Source: Plasmodiophora brassicae (Eukaryota). From it: a DNA stretch of 64,000 nt. Numbering within the stretch: position 1 is the stretch's first letter; the number at the start of each line of letters is the position of its first letter. This document shows positions 46,590 to 59,507 of the stretch, piece by piece. A model generated the notes under the pieces. That model was not told the DNA's origin. It was given only the letters and a program-made list of their open reading frames with translations, and searched no databases. The stretch spans positions 248,001 through 312,000 of the forward strand of contig CP145418.1 in NCBI GenBank assembly GCA_036867785.1. The letters are read 5' to 3'. Position numbers and translations under genes: made by a program.

Positions 46590-46823
46590 TATTACATTAA
46601 TCTACACTAGGCGGCGGGGACAGTGGCCTATCTGATTGACGATGCGACAGGATCGCACAGGCGCATTTCTTTGTACCGCGACTGGGCGCAGTGGCGTGTC
46701 GTGCCACGCTCGGGCGCGTTTGGCCGTTGGGATGCCAAATTTGCGCGGCAAGCGTCACCGACAGGGACGCTTCGTGCGCCCAAATCGTCAGGTTGCACAG
46801 TCGCGTCGCGCCTGTCAAGACAA

Positions 46824-47819
46824 ATGGTGCTGTGTGAGCTGGGCGCCACCGGCAACATTGTGACGACATGGATGGTGATGACCGCGCTCGCGTTCCTGAT
46901 GACGTTCTTCGTCTCAACCCCATTGTTCCTGTCGGACGCGTCGTAACAACAGCGCTGTGTCGTCATCTAAGGACGTTACCAGGTATTACTACGTGCGCCC
47001 CTCGTACTCCACCTGGAAGTGGAAATCGAATCCGAGGTACCCGTCACCTGCGTCGGCTCGAAAGGAGATCTTGACGGCGTGCTTGGGGATGTCTGTTGCC
47101 ACGATGTGCCCAGCGCTGTCGGTGCATCTGGCCGCCCATGGGCACTCCCGCGCGTATTGTGGATGGGGCGGGCACTCTCTGCTCTACTCCGCGCTGACCG
47201 TCGTGGCCTGCTGGTTCGCCGGCGACTTCTACGAGTTCTACTACCACCGCCTGGGGCACACCGTGCCGCTCTTCTGGAAGTTCCACAAGAGCCATCACCG
47301 ATTCGCGAACCCGACGCCCTTCGCCGTTATCGCTGACGAATATGTCGACCAGTTCATGCGGTCCCTGCCGCTGATCATTTTCCCGCTCCTCGCTCCTGTC
47401 AACATCGACATGCTGTTCATCCTGTTCGGCCTGCATTTCTGTAAGTGGGTCGAGCTGGCTTGCCGTCCACCTCGTGACCGCTGCTGTCAGATGCCTATGG
47501 TGCCGTACTGCATTGTGGGTTCGAGCTACCGTTCCTGGACGCACACCATCCCTGGATCAACACGCCGTTCGAGCATTACATCCACCACGCGGAAGCCACC
47601 ATGAACCGCCCACTGCATACCGGCTTCTTCGTCAAGACCTGGGACCGCATGTTCGGGTCGCTGAACGACAAGCCCTGCCGGTGCGTACGTTGCTGCCAGG
47701 CGGCCGGCCAGCGCGAACACGACCAATGGCTCAAGGTCGACAAACCCGACTACTCGGTCCTGCTGCGGCCCGCGTTCTGGATCAACCCGAAGGCGTTCCG
47801 GAATGCTGACGCAGCCTGA
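46824..47819 (+). CDS. Sterol C-5 desaturase / fatty-acid hydroxylase superfamily
   Basis: His boxes YYHRLGH, FHKSHH, LHCG and HYIHH, plus TGFFVKTWDRMFGS. Confidence 0.88.
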
Positions 47820-47867
47820 GTACCCAAACCCGCTCGACGTAGACCACTACATTGTTGAACGATCGGA

Positions 47868-49353
47868 TCATAGCGATGGATCCTGGACTTGAACCAGTCG
47901 CGTCATACGCGTAGTGACCGGAATGCCGGGAATCGTCGCCCTGGCTGTGATGCGGAACACGCCAGGCGTGAGCGTCGTGGTCGCAAATCGTAGCGTGGAT
48001 ACGTCCCAAATTCCGTCGACGCTCATGACCGTTGCTGATCGTGACGGAGGTCCTCCGGGCCCCTCCTCGAACTCGATGCACTTCTGCGGTTCCTGGGCAG
48101 GTTCCGCGTTTGGATCCACGTAGGGTCCCACCTGAGCGCCGGCACATTCAGCACTGCCCGACAGCATCGAGTCACGCGACGAACGTCGACGATCAGTGCA
48201 CGTTTCGATTCTTCCGCGACGATACGCTGGCCGGCGTCGACGACGCAGAAGTAGAACGCGGGTACGTGCGGGTCGTCAAACGCGATCTGCAACGGTGCTG
48301 GTTCGCCGTTCAGCATCGCGTCGTCCTGTTTCGGCTTCCCGCCGGCGGGCTTCTTCGCAGGCGTCGGTGCCTCCGCCGGCGTCAGCAACTCGGCAACGTT
48401 CCCCGATGGGCGCACGTCGAACATGAGAACGCGCTCGCCGGCATCTAACACAGGCAGGCGCTGTCGGCCAGGTTGCTTGATTAGAAACGGGAGGCTTACA
48501 CAGAGGAGCCCCGCCCTGGAAAGCGCCGTTGTAGGTGAACCCGGATGGTTCGACCAGGGTGCCGTGCCCATGCCGACGACCGTTCTCGAAATCCCCAGTG
48601 TATACAGCCCCGTCCGACAACGTCTCCACGCCGTGCCCATGCCAAACGCCACCTTGCCAGGCGCCTTCGTACCTACCGCCGACGTTTCGACCGTGGAACC
48701 CGTTCGTATTTGTCCCCAGACGTACCGGTTCCCGCTGGCGCCGTTCCAGACGCCCTGCACGATGCAATGCTGACGGTAGACGCCTGAGACGACATCGCCA
48801 TTCGCCAGGCGAAGAACGCCGTTGCCTAGGCAACGTTCAGGCGGTGGTGACCAATGATGGACGGTACGAACCTGACCTGATCGCTGGTTGGATTCCCAAT
48901 CGCCTTCGTACCTGGATTCGTCCTTATCCACGAACGTTCCTAGAAACGGTTCAGAGCCGGTACGCGACGAAACGGTCGCCCGAGGCACAACCCTTGCCAT
49001 GGAATTCGCCCATGACGAATTCGCCGTCGTACCGGCGTCCATCGCTCCATGTCTTCGTGCCACGGCCGGTCATCTCTCCGTCGACGAAATCGCCTTCGTA
49101 GGTCGCCGTCGGACCGGCGCTCGGGCAACCAACTTGGAACTTCCCCCGGCCTTGGTCGTGTCAAACGCGAGCAACGTGCACCTGATGGGCGGGCTGTACC
49201 GTGTTTCCTGCTGTTCCGCCAGTCGCCCTCGTACCTGAACGGCGTCCCGTCGTACGTGTACACTCCTCTACCGTGTCGTATGCCGATCATCTCCGACCGG
49301 TCCTGCCCGACAGCCAACTGGCGGATGTCCCCATGGTACCTGCCAGTCTGCAT
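47868..49353 (-). CDS. MORN-repeat protein (MORN1-like)
   Basis: Multiple YEGDW...HG.G repeats (RHGRGVY, YEGDW, YTGDFENGRRHGHG) across several exons. Confidence 0.85.
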
Positions 49354-49567
49354 CCCGCGGCCACAACGGAAGCGAGTCGGTCTCTGGGCCGCAGGCGCAA
49401 CCCACCCCTACCGATCACACGAGGCAACGGCGATGTAGTAGAGCTCGGTGGACGTCATGTAAACGGCCACGTCGAGTCACAGGATGGCTGATTAGCGGAG
49501 TCGACCAGGTACAGCGGTGCACTGTCCACGATGTCGCTGCCGGGATCGCTACCGGAGCTGATGACCG

Positions 49568-49855
49568 ATGCGGCGGCGTCCAGCGAGACGAGGCACGCCG
49601 ATTATCAACGTAGAGCGGTCCATCGTCCAGCAGAGGTTCGTGCGTGATCAGCGCGTTTCTGCAGGTGCCAGCATCGTCTCGTCCGCGTTCAGCGTCAAGG
49701 ATTACGACCTGCCGAACCTCCTCGAGAACGTCGAGAAACCGGTCGAGCCCGCCGACGAACTCATCGCCATTGCTCCGACGATCCGATCAGAGGCCGCCTT
49801 CCAGCAATGGCGACAGGACATGTACAAGCAGATCCAGTCTCAATACAGACGCTGA
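49568..49855 (+). CDS. Possible small hypothetical protein
   Basis: Coding-like ORF (YDLPNLLENVEKPVEPADELIAIAP...WRQDMYKQIQ). The 5' structure is uncertain. Confidence 0.4.
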   Translation: MRRRPARRGTPIINVERSIVQQRFVRDQRVSAGASIVSSAFSVKDYDLPNLLENVEKPVEPADELIAIAPTIRSEAAFQQWRQDMYKQIQSQYRR

Positions 49856-50290
49856 TCCAATTCGACATCGTCACGGAATCCCGCGCCTACACTCGCATCA
49901 GGTGTTCCGGGCACCAGAGTCGTCGCAAGCTGCAAACCTCCGAGAACAGTGGGCTGCAAATTGCCGTTCAGTGGGAGCTGCAAGGCCCCGGCCAGTGCGA
50001 GCTGCAAGTCTCCGCCCAGTGGCGCACGCCCACAGTCACGTGAGCTGCCGCACCCCGTCCTGTGCGAGCTGCCAATCTCTGGCGACAGTGAACTGCATCC
50101 CAGCGGCCACCGTGAGCTGCGTCTGGAAGGCGCGCACGCAGGGAACCTTTGTGCTGATTGCACCTGAGGCTGTAGGACTCCGGCGGTCCCCGCTGGATTT
50201 GGCCAGGCGGAGCAGTCGTGGGTCCGTCTGGGACCGTCTGTCGGGGATCGTGATCTGTCGTCGGTCGCGCTGCGGTCGTCAACGCCGGGG

Positions 50291-52123
50291 ATGGCCATGG
50301 ATTTCCTGAACACGGCCAAGAAGAAGCTCATCGACATCTCGTCGAATCTGGCCGGGGCGTCCGGCCCCGCTGACCAAACCCTGCAAATGTAGATCTGGCG
50401 CTGGGCGGCGTTGCTTGCCCGGCACTGATGTCGACATGGTAGGTTGAAGACGAAACTGCTGGAACTGTCGAAGATCGTCACTGAACTTCGTGCCGATCTC
50501 GGCAAGTACGCCGGAGCGCTGATGACGGGCGCCATGCTGACCGCCAAGATGGGCAACGATTTCTCGGTCATATATCGGCACTCGGAAGCCAGGCAGAAGA
50601 GCATTGCAACGTTCGCCGAGGCGGCCAGATCCGTGGACGCCATCGCCGCTGAAATCTGGACGGCCCAGTTCAACACTGACGTACGCCCCGATTGCCATCG
50701 GCGGTTCAGAATTCCTTATTATCGCCACGCAGGTGCTTGGCGTGCTGGACCGATGGACGGCCATGATCGAGGCATTGCTCAAGAAGACACACGCCGCCGA
50801 ACGGTCCCTGGTGAGGATCGGGCGCGTCCAGCAGCGTGGCGAAGAACCCGCTAGCGTCGTCCAGCGGATGCAGTCTGAATTCGAATCGGCCAAGACGGAT
50901 CTGAAAGAGGAGGTCAAACGGCACCTCGAAGCGCGATATACGATCCTGGACGCCGTCCTCGTTCGGATCATGGAATTCCAGATGGAATTCGCGACCAGGT
51001 CAATGGAAGCGTTATCGGCGCTAGACAAGAACGTGCAGACGTACAGGAAGCGCTACCCGAAGGGTACTTTGCCCAGCCTCATTACGACGGCGCAACAGGC
51101 GCCTCCGCCGCCGGCCCACAGGGCATCCCGAACGAAATCGGCCAACTCGGCAACAGACGAGGTCGGTGTCCCGCGCAATGCACGTTCGATTGGACTGACC
51201 GGCCCCTCAGTCGGAAGAGGACGACGAGGAGTCCGACGAGGAGTCAGGTGATGAGCACAAAGTTGAATCGGTGCCCGAGAAGGCGGCGCCGCCGCCATCG
51301 AAACCGGTGTCGACCGCCGCCCCCGAACAGGGCACGAAACCGAAGCCGACGCAAGAGCGTTTGCCGAATTCGTCCCCTGAGCCCATCCGACCTGCGTCAT
51401 CTCCACCTCCGCATGACACGTTCGACTTCCTGGGCGCTTTCGACAGCCATGTGTCATCAGGACCGTCGAGTGCGACCACTTTCGAGTACCTGTCGACGCA
51501 GCCGTCTCCAGTGCCAGGTAGACCTTCCCGCCACGATATGCACGCCGCAAGCGCCGCCTTACACGTTGCACAGCAGCAAACGTATTGGACGACCTGTTTG
51601 GGTCGACTTCGACCGGGTTCGATACGACACCGGTGACGGCGATCGTGACGGACGCGTTCGCAACGGTTACCTCGCCAGCGGCGGCGCCGTCACCATCGGA
51701 GCCCAAGTCCCGCGTTGACCGATTGCACGAGCAGTTCAACGTAGGCCATCGTGGCGTGTCCGTCTCGTCGATGTAATAACGGCGTTGCAGGCGGAAGCGA
51801 AGATGAAGGAGGCGAAGGAGGCGGCCAAGGATAATGTGACGTTCCAGTTGGACAACTGGGAGTATGGGATCGGGCAGAAACGGAAACCGATCAAGGTCCT
51901 GCTGACGACGATGCACACGGTGCTGCCAGCAGCGATGAATTTCGCGCCGATCAAGATGGCGGATCTGTCGACGCCGGCGCAGGTCAAGAAGACGTTCAGG
52001 AAAGTGATGCTCGTCATACACCCGGACAAGATCGACCCGAACAATGCCGAGCTCGTCGTCACCGCCGAGCGCGTGTTCAACGCCATCCAGGTGGAGTTCA
52101 AGGCGTTCGAGGACTCCAATTGA
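50291..52123 (+). CDS. BAR-like helical domain + auxilin-type C-terminal J-domain protein
   Basis: N-terminal all-helical region of about 230 aa, a disordered linker with FDF/LDDLF motifs, and C-terminal W...IKVLLTTMHTVL...ADL.TPAQVKKTFRKVMLVIHPDK...AERVFNAI. Confidence 0.8.
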
Positions 52124-52252
52124 GCGCCGACGGAAATTGTACCATCATACTAATAGAAGCATACCTACGTAGATACGATCAGAACAGGGGTCCCAATGCT
52201 GTGACCCAGGGGCTAGATCCCGCAATATATTAGGGGGACCTGCCTGGCTGCG

Positions 52253-55200
52253 TCACACGAACGGGTCCAGATCGTATGCGCCCTGGCTGGATTCAACAAT
52301 CTCGTTGGCCAACGATACAACGATCGATCTGCATTCAACGTGCATCGTGCATGCCTCGTTGAACTTCTGGAAAACGGCAGAAGCATCCGATGGACGTGCC
52401 AGCGGGTGTGGAATCCACTGCAAACCGTCTTGCAGAACGCGGATGATCGCAAGCCCACTAATATGCAGGTATTGCAGTGGCACGCCGCATACGACATCGA
52501 CGACGAAACCCAGGCGATTCGTCACGAATGACTGGACGAAGGCCGTCAGCGACTCAGGTCCAATTGGAATCGTGGTGGACGGGTGGAATGGCGAGGGCGC
52601 TACTTCGGGATGGTAGTGGCAAGCAGGCAGGCGAACAACCGAGAGACCATGATCCTTCGCCGTCTTCTTCAGGGAATCGTCGATCCAGGAGCTAATTGAC
52701 GCCCCCGTAGCCATCAGCCATTGGACTTGAACGAAACCAATTAGACCTGTGATCTCGGAGACTGTACTGAAAGTGGTACCTTCGACGTGAAAGCAGGCAT
52801 TGGGTTCAATGCGCCGATCAAGCTGGACCCGGAATGACTGATGACGGTCAGCGTAGTCCACAAATCCTAAATCAACATTGACGCAAGTCGTGGCTAAAGG
52901 CGACCCGTCAATGCCCAGCTGGTTGAAAGGTTTCCCAAGCAGCCGCTCGAGAAACGCCATGATCTGCTCAGTGTTGCCAATGGGCAGAATGGCGAACCTG
53001 TGGCATGTTGAGTGACAAATCATTTTCAGTTGCACACCTTCGCAGCGAAACCTGATACGGCGGTATTTGAGGCCAGTCAAGTCGTCCACATGACCTGCGA
53101 TAAACTGGTCCGCGTAGTTCCAATTGTATGGCGTGTTCGGATGTGCTTGAATAGTTACGTCTTGCGGGATGAGACACGAGCATTCATTGCTCCACAGAAA
53201 GTACCGATACGGGAAAGCGGGCTGGCCATACCCGTTCAGTGTCAAGGCCAGTCAAAGTCTGCAGCCGTTGGTTTACCTGGTCGATATCGCTCCACTGAGA
53301 GTCTCTTGACACAGCTCCTTTGCGGAAGTAACGATGTACTTCAATGTTCTCTGCCTCTCGGTCGAGCTCGATTTGGTGGTGATCGCTCCCCAGGCTGAGC
53401 TGGAATTTCAGGGCCTGATGTGGTGCCGCACCAGCTGGAACCATCAACTGAAAATCGCTCGTCAGCCGTTGGGCAATCAGTTCGCTAAGCAGGTTCTCGG
53501 CACGATCGTGATAGCGGCTATCGTTAGGCACCAGGGACAAGGTATGAACTGCGTTCAAGAACTGCGTCTGCAATTCTTCCGATTTCGGAAAATAGTCGGT
53601 GGTAAGCGGAAGCACAGCAGGCACGCACAGAGAGCGCATGTTCAACTCGGTCAGGGATGCCTCTAGAGCAGAAACACGGTTAGGATTGAAGTGACTTGCA
53701 GTATGGGGAAGCTTACGGTATCTCGGAAACAGGTGCACCCAACGGCGTCGATTGTTCGCCAGCCTTGGCGTCGAAATCTGGATGATACGACTAGTGAGAA
53801 GTTAGCAGAAGTAGGGGGACGAACCAAATGACCTGCAGCTGGAACGGATTCTGAACGTCTTGCCCAAGTCGTTCCATACTAATCGCATCGCTCAAGCCGG
53901 ATCGCTTAGACGGAGTGGTGACAGGCACCATTGCTTCAGGCTCCATGCTGACACTTTCAATTAGAACGGCACGTCGGCGGCTCTCGACGCCTTGGACGCG
54001 GAAGATTGTTTGCAGACGGCGGGGTCCTAACAGGAGACGGTCTCAAATCGGATACAGTGCTGAGGAGCGATGTACTCCTTCGTACCGTGAGCCCACGCTT
54101 CGTTCTCGTTCATCTCCTCCGACGACGATATTCGAATCTTGTAAGGCTGCTGAGGTGGCGAGCATGACGATGGACCTCTGAGAGTCCAGCGTTTAGGGAT
54201 ACTATCGTTGGGAGATCCAGAGTTTTCGTTGGCCTAACATCAGTGTGAGGTTCTCGGTCGAACACAAATTCGTTCGGAAATACATTGACTTTGATGTTCA
54301 ACGAAGACATTGACCGAATTTTCGGAATCGAGGTAGTCGACGTCACTGACGTTTGAGCGGCAGATAGGCCCAGCGACTTTCTGAGCTGGTCCAGGGAAGG
54401 AAAGGATCCCGAATGACGAATCAGCACGGATCGTCTCAGGTCCTCAACCGAAATGATGTCAAGACTCGGGGTTTCCGAGTTATCCACGAAGATATTGTTA
54501 TCGAAACTGTCACAGTAGGACCCGGAGAGCTCCTACAAATCGCAATGAGAAATAACTAGGCAATTTCGAAAGTTGAACGGAAGATACCGATGTGTCCGAT
54601 GAGGCTGGTACAAAAGGAACAACTACGTCGTTGGAACAATTTGCCGATGGCAAACATCCTGATGGAAACATGCGGCACAGAGGTATTGGCACAAAGTTGT
54701 CTACTTCCTGTTCGCAGTTTTAGCCGTAAGTTGATGAGATGAAAGCAGTTGTAAAGTAAACGCTTACGCCTTGCTCGTCACGCAGACACCAGTCGCCAGC
54801 CTCGAAGAACTTCATATCCAACCAGTCATCGGCAATGGAATAGGACTCATTGCTGATGATATCAAGTCAGATTCGGTATCGTCGAACAACTGACATCGGA
54901 CAACCTCGACGGCTGCTTGTATATGAACAGTGGAATAGCATGTAGCGGTGGACGAGCCATTGACACGAGATCGCAGCCAACGCCATTATCAACCATTCGC
55001 TCTTTCGTAAGTTCGATAAGGTTTTTATCGACCATCCAAACACCTGTAGATGGAGTGGGTCACTTCAGATGTCAGAAAGATCGCGAGAAGTCGAACCTGT
55101 TCCAGCAGTTATGACAACGACTGCCTGCCCTGTACGGGTTAAGTCTCGATCGATGTAATGCTTATCGTAGATGTTGATCGCCAAATTGATTGCTTCGAGG

Positions 55201-56594
55201 ATGTTTCCATCCATTGCGCGAGACGGAACGCCCTATGCCGATCATCAGCACGTAAGACGAGCACAGCAATGACTGAGTAGATACCTTCAATCCGGTTACA
55301 TTGTCAAGAGATCCCCATCGAAGTTCTTGAGAGAACCGGTTGATATCCCGTACGAGCAGTGATCTCAATGACACCCAATCGCGTCTAACTTCACTTTCGA
55401 CGACCAGCTTCAAACAATAGTTGAGCAACGCGAACATTCAGCATTCCCGACAACTTAACCTTGAAAAAGTCTTGGTAAAGCCGTTGTTGATGGTCTAGTT
55501 GGAACACGTTTGAGACGTCGGCAAGTAGCCTGCGAAGTCATGAGGAACGTCGATATACTGTTCCAACGAAGTTTACGTTTTCACGGAGGCACGCGACACG
55601 TCTTGACCCCAAACTGAATGGGTGGTATCATCAGGAAGATAAAACGTTCGCGCGAAAAGAACAATAGTCAGGGTATGGTCAACGTTCAAACGTTGCCATT
55701 CCTTAAATATAACCTAAGCACCATCCGAACAAGTCAGAGGGAGGTCGGGCATCAAGGGCCGCCACTGACCTTTAACAAGCCGTTGACAACCTTCTCAAAG
55801 TACAGCTGCCCATCATCTCCGTAATCCCACATCTCCTTGCTCAGCTGAATCAGCCACATTATTCTCGCCGCGCGTGAACGAAACACAAATTTCGTGTGCT
55901 CTGTGATTAAACCGCACTTGACGGTCTAACACTACTGCTTAGTCGAATACAACCTTGTAGGAAGCACTGCGGAACCAACTTTGCCATCGACGAGGAGCTC
56001 CTCAATACGGGCATGAACACCCATCGTAGTCTTCGTTTGACCAACGTAGACGCACGAATCGATCAAGTGCTGCTTGTAGCGCCACATGTCCCCACGAGAT
56101 ATATACTGACCAGAGAAGGACAGCTCCACGAAATCAAGACGGACAACATCGGGTGACGAACTGGATAGCAGACGGACTGTTACTGTACTTCGGTTCTTCA
56201 ACTCAAACAGATCAGCAACTGATTTCCGCACGCTGATCTGCAGACTTCCTAACCTTGGAAGTTAACACATGAATATGAGGGGCACCTGATACTGACCTTT
56301 CACAGGTTTCATTTCTGCGACGCGTATTTGCAGGCGATGCTCAATGCCGGACCGCTCAGAGTCATATATCTGAATCAGGTCGCCGACCTGTAATCCCGGG
56401 AACGATTCCGGATTGACGCGCAGATCATGCGAGTTCCGGAATCGTTCCTCATGGACGACCAGGACGCGATTGTAGCAGGCCGCTCCAGACGCTTCATTGG
56501 CCTGCGGCCTGGTTTCGTCCACGTGCTTCCGATGCCGGTGCTGTCGCCAGCGTCCCACACGCCTCCGCTGGTCGGCATGCGCCCCCGACATCAC
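52253..56594 (-). CDS. DEPDC5: GATOR1/SEA complex subunit DEPDC5/Iml1 (many exons)
   Basis: [98 protein letters not shown]. Confidence 0.93.
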
Positions 56595-56818
56595 GACTGG
56601 CCGCCGTGTTACACAAAGCAGTTACGGACCCTCGCCTGTCATTTTTACGGAACAATTGGCCCTGTTTCGCTGGACGGAAGGCAGCCGTCGTGGCGCGTAG
56701 AAGGAGCACTGGTGGTACCTAGGTCAGAGTGGTGCCGCCGGGTTTCATCCAGAAGTGTCTATGTCGCCGCAATGGCATTCAACGAGTGTGTAAACTGTAC
56801 AGGTGTACTGAGAAGTAA

Positions 56819-57385
56819 TCAGAGAGTGTTACTGAGTTCCTTGCGGCGGTAGACGGTGGCGCCGAGGGAGACGGTCTCGACGGCGGTCAGGATGATAGCA
56901 GCGGCGAACCAGAACATGCGACCTCGTTGCTGATCCCTGCACATACCGTCGGTGATTGTCTTCTCCTCCGGGCACATCTTCAGGTCGAGGATGACCTTGA
57001 TGTTGCAAGATGCAATGATGGAGAAGGCGAGGAGAATCAAGGAGAATGCATGGGCCCAGAACATCTGAGGCCGTTCGTTGCGGCACGAGCATAGGCAGTG
57101 CAGCGAGGAGATGAGAACGGACACAAACGGTGCAAGGAGAACAAGGAGGAACGCCCACTCTGTCAGAAAGTCGCTGTTGTTGGGCGCCGCCACCCAGAAC
57201 ATGTGGACGGCCAGCAAGTAGAACGCGGCCGCACATGTTTGCACGGTGAACACGATCGAGAGGAGCAGGTGGGATAGGGATTCTGACGCCGAATCAACCA
57301 ACATGGCTTGTAGGAGGAAAACGATACCGTGCACGGTCCAATTCGACAATGACTGGCACCTGGCAACCTGGGCAGAGCGGAACAC
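56819..57385 (-). CDS. Hypothetical multi-pass membrane protein
   Basis: ORF with four or more hydrophobic helices. Start uncertain (possibly 57304). Confidence 0.5.
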   Translation of the reverse strand: MFRSAQVARCQSLSNWTVHGIVFLLQAMLVDSASESLSHLLLSIVFTVQTCAAAFYLLAVHMFWVAAPNNSDFLTEWAFLLVLLAPFVSVLISSLHCLCSCRNERPQMFWAHAFSLILLAFSIIASCNIKVILDLKMCPEEKTITDGMCRDQQRGRMFWFAAAIILTAVETVSLGATVYRRKELSNTL

Positions 57386-57706
57386 TGACTGGGCAGTTCT
57401 CCAGCGACGATTTTAGGCCAGGCCTCTCGGAATTAGCCCTCGCCGTCCGGTTTTAGCCGAGGCAGGGCCGCTGGTCCCAACCTTGGCTATTTTCAACGCG
57501 GCAGTCCAACAGCGTGCCGATCTACAATTGACTTCACTAATGACGTCAGCGCCTTACGAATGTGTATATCTCCACGGAACACATGTGCTGTAAACAGCAG
57601 TGCAAGGCTGCCCTCTCCCAGACTTCACCAAGCACTCGTCAACTTCTCTCCGCGGTTGCCCACAGCTCAATACGCAAAACTGACCTGGTTTACCCCTATT
57701 TACCGG

Positions 57707-59299
57707 ATGAGGGTGGTTGTTATTGGCGGCGGATGCGTCGGTCTGGCGACTGCCTTGCGGTTGGCGCAGCGTCGTGTCGGCCAGGTCGTACTTGTCGAGC
57801 GCCATGCGGCCGGGGTGGGCCTGGAATGCTCCCTGGCGAACGCGTCGCTGCTCTGCGCGGCGCATTCGTACCCGATGCAGATGCGCGCGTCGAGCATCGT
57901 GAAGTGGTCGTTGTTCGCAGACCAGAACGTTCGCCTCGAATGGCGTCACCTTTTCGCTGATCACATGTTCTGGGCGTTCGCTGCGTCCGCATTGCGGCAC
58001 TGGCCTCGTTCACATGAGCAGCGCTTAGATTCGTCTCAGAAACTGTCAGCGATGGCGCAGTATGGCATCTCTGAGCTCAAGAAAACGGTGGCAGAGATCT
58101 TCCCTGAATACAAGATCGCCAAACGCGGTCTGCTGTCTCTTCATGATGATTCGAGTGCGCTGCAAGAAGAAGCGAGAACAATGCGGGAGTTCGTTCCATT
58201 GTACCCTTGTAGAGTTCTGAACGTTGAAGAAGCGTGCAATTTGGAACCAAACCTGTCGCGTCTTGTCGAGAAAGGCCTGAAGGGTGCAGTCCTGCTGGAG
58301 GTTCCTGCATTGTGTCGCATAATACGTCCCTCAGCATTCGCTTAATGGCTGTCGTCTATAGGACGAATCCACTGCAGAACCATATCCTGTATCGCGACGT
58401 GTTTATGAGGAATGCTGTCGACTCGGCGTCGAATTTGCCACTGGTTCGCAATGCAACCGGCTTCAAGTGGAGGATGGCCACGTTCAGGCGGTCCAGCTGG
58501 CCAACGGCGACAACATTGAAGTGTTTATGCTCCTCCACGAGGTGTTCCAGTTTTTCTGATTCGGCTTTTGACAACAGGGAGACGTATTTGTTATTTGCGC
58601 TGGAGCATATTCTCCATTCCTGCTGGACCTAGACGTGCGGCTCGGTCTGAAAGGTGGACCTATGCCGATTTATCCACTGCGGGGACACTCGCTCACCCTC
58701 GACGTCCCGGACAACGCTCGCGGCACAATCTTCACTCGACCAGTCAGCTGGCGTTCGCGACGAGTGTACATTACGCCACTACCGCACACTGGACAGATCC
58801 GGGTCGCTGGGTTTGGTGATTTCGGAGGGTACCAGCGCGGACCGTCTGGGGCCCGTCATGACCGCATTGCCGAACTGTTAAACGGAGCACGTACTCTCCT
58901 GCCAGGTACCGCTGGGTAATCACGTATCTGGGCGCTTTTACTGAACCGCAGACAGGTCTGGTGCCTGATAGTTGCGACGATTTCAGGAAGCGAGATCAAG
59001 TAGCCGGGTTCGCAGCGGATGATTGCATTCGTGCCTGGTCTGGCCTTCGCCCTCAGAGTGCAGACAACGTGCCCATTGTTGGCCGATATGGAGCATCTAG
59101 CAGCAACCTGTACATCAACTCAGGTAGTGGTACGTACTGCGAGCACCCTTTAGCACTTTACGATTATTGTTTCATATCAGGGCATGGCGTTATGGGTTGG
59201 ACGTCCAGCCACGGTTCAGCTACTCTCGTTGCCGATCTAATCACGGGCTGCCGTCCCGCTCTCGACGATACGCATTACTCCCCGAACCGGTTTCTGTAA
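57707..59299 (+). CDS. D-amino acid dehydrogenase (DadA)-like FAD oxidoreductase
   Basis: MRVVVIGGGCVGLATA...LVER...GLECSLANA, PIYPLRGHSLT, IRVAG, WSGLRP..ADNVPIVG, LYINSG|HGVMGWT. Four or five introns. Confidence 0.85.
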
Positions 59300-59507
59300 C
59301 CGTCAACGGGGCTGTACTTCTATCCGAATCGAAGTCTGGGGCGTACACAATGTCGATAGCCGTGGACGACGACCAAGATGCTTGACAGCTCGACGTTTCA
59401 GGACGCCAATTGCCTCGCTAACCTTTGACTGACCGACAAGTTGCTTCTAAACTGTGTCCGGTGCGTTGTTTGTGTTTATCGTCTGAAGAATCTTCATTTG
59501 TCTGGGT

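Noticed and set aside
22190..49353. Ciliary gene cluster (EFHC, PIH1, BBIP1, MORN)
   Set aside because: The genes are scattered over 27 kb among unrelated genes, which is expected density in a flagellated protist.
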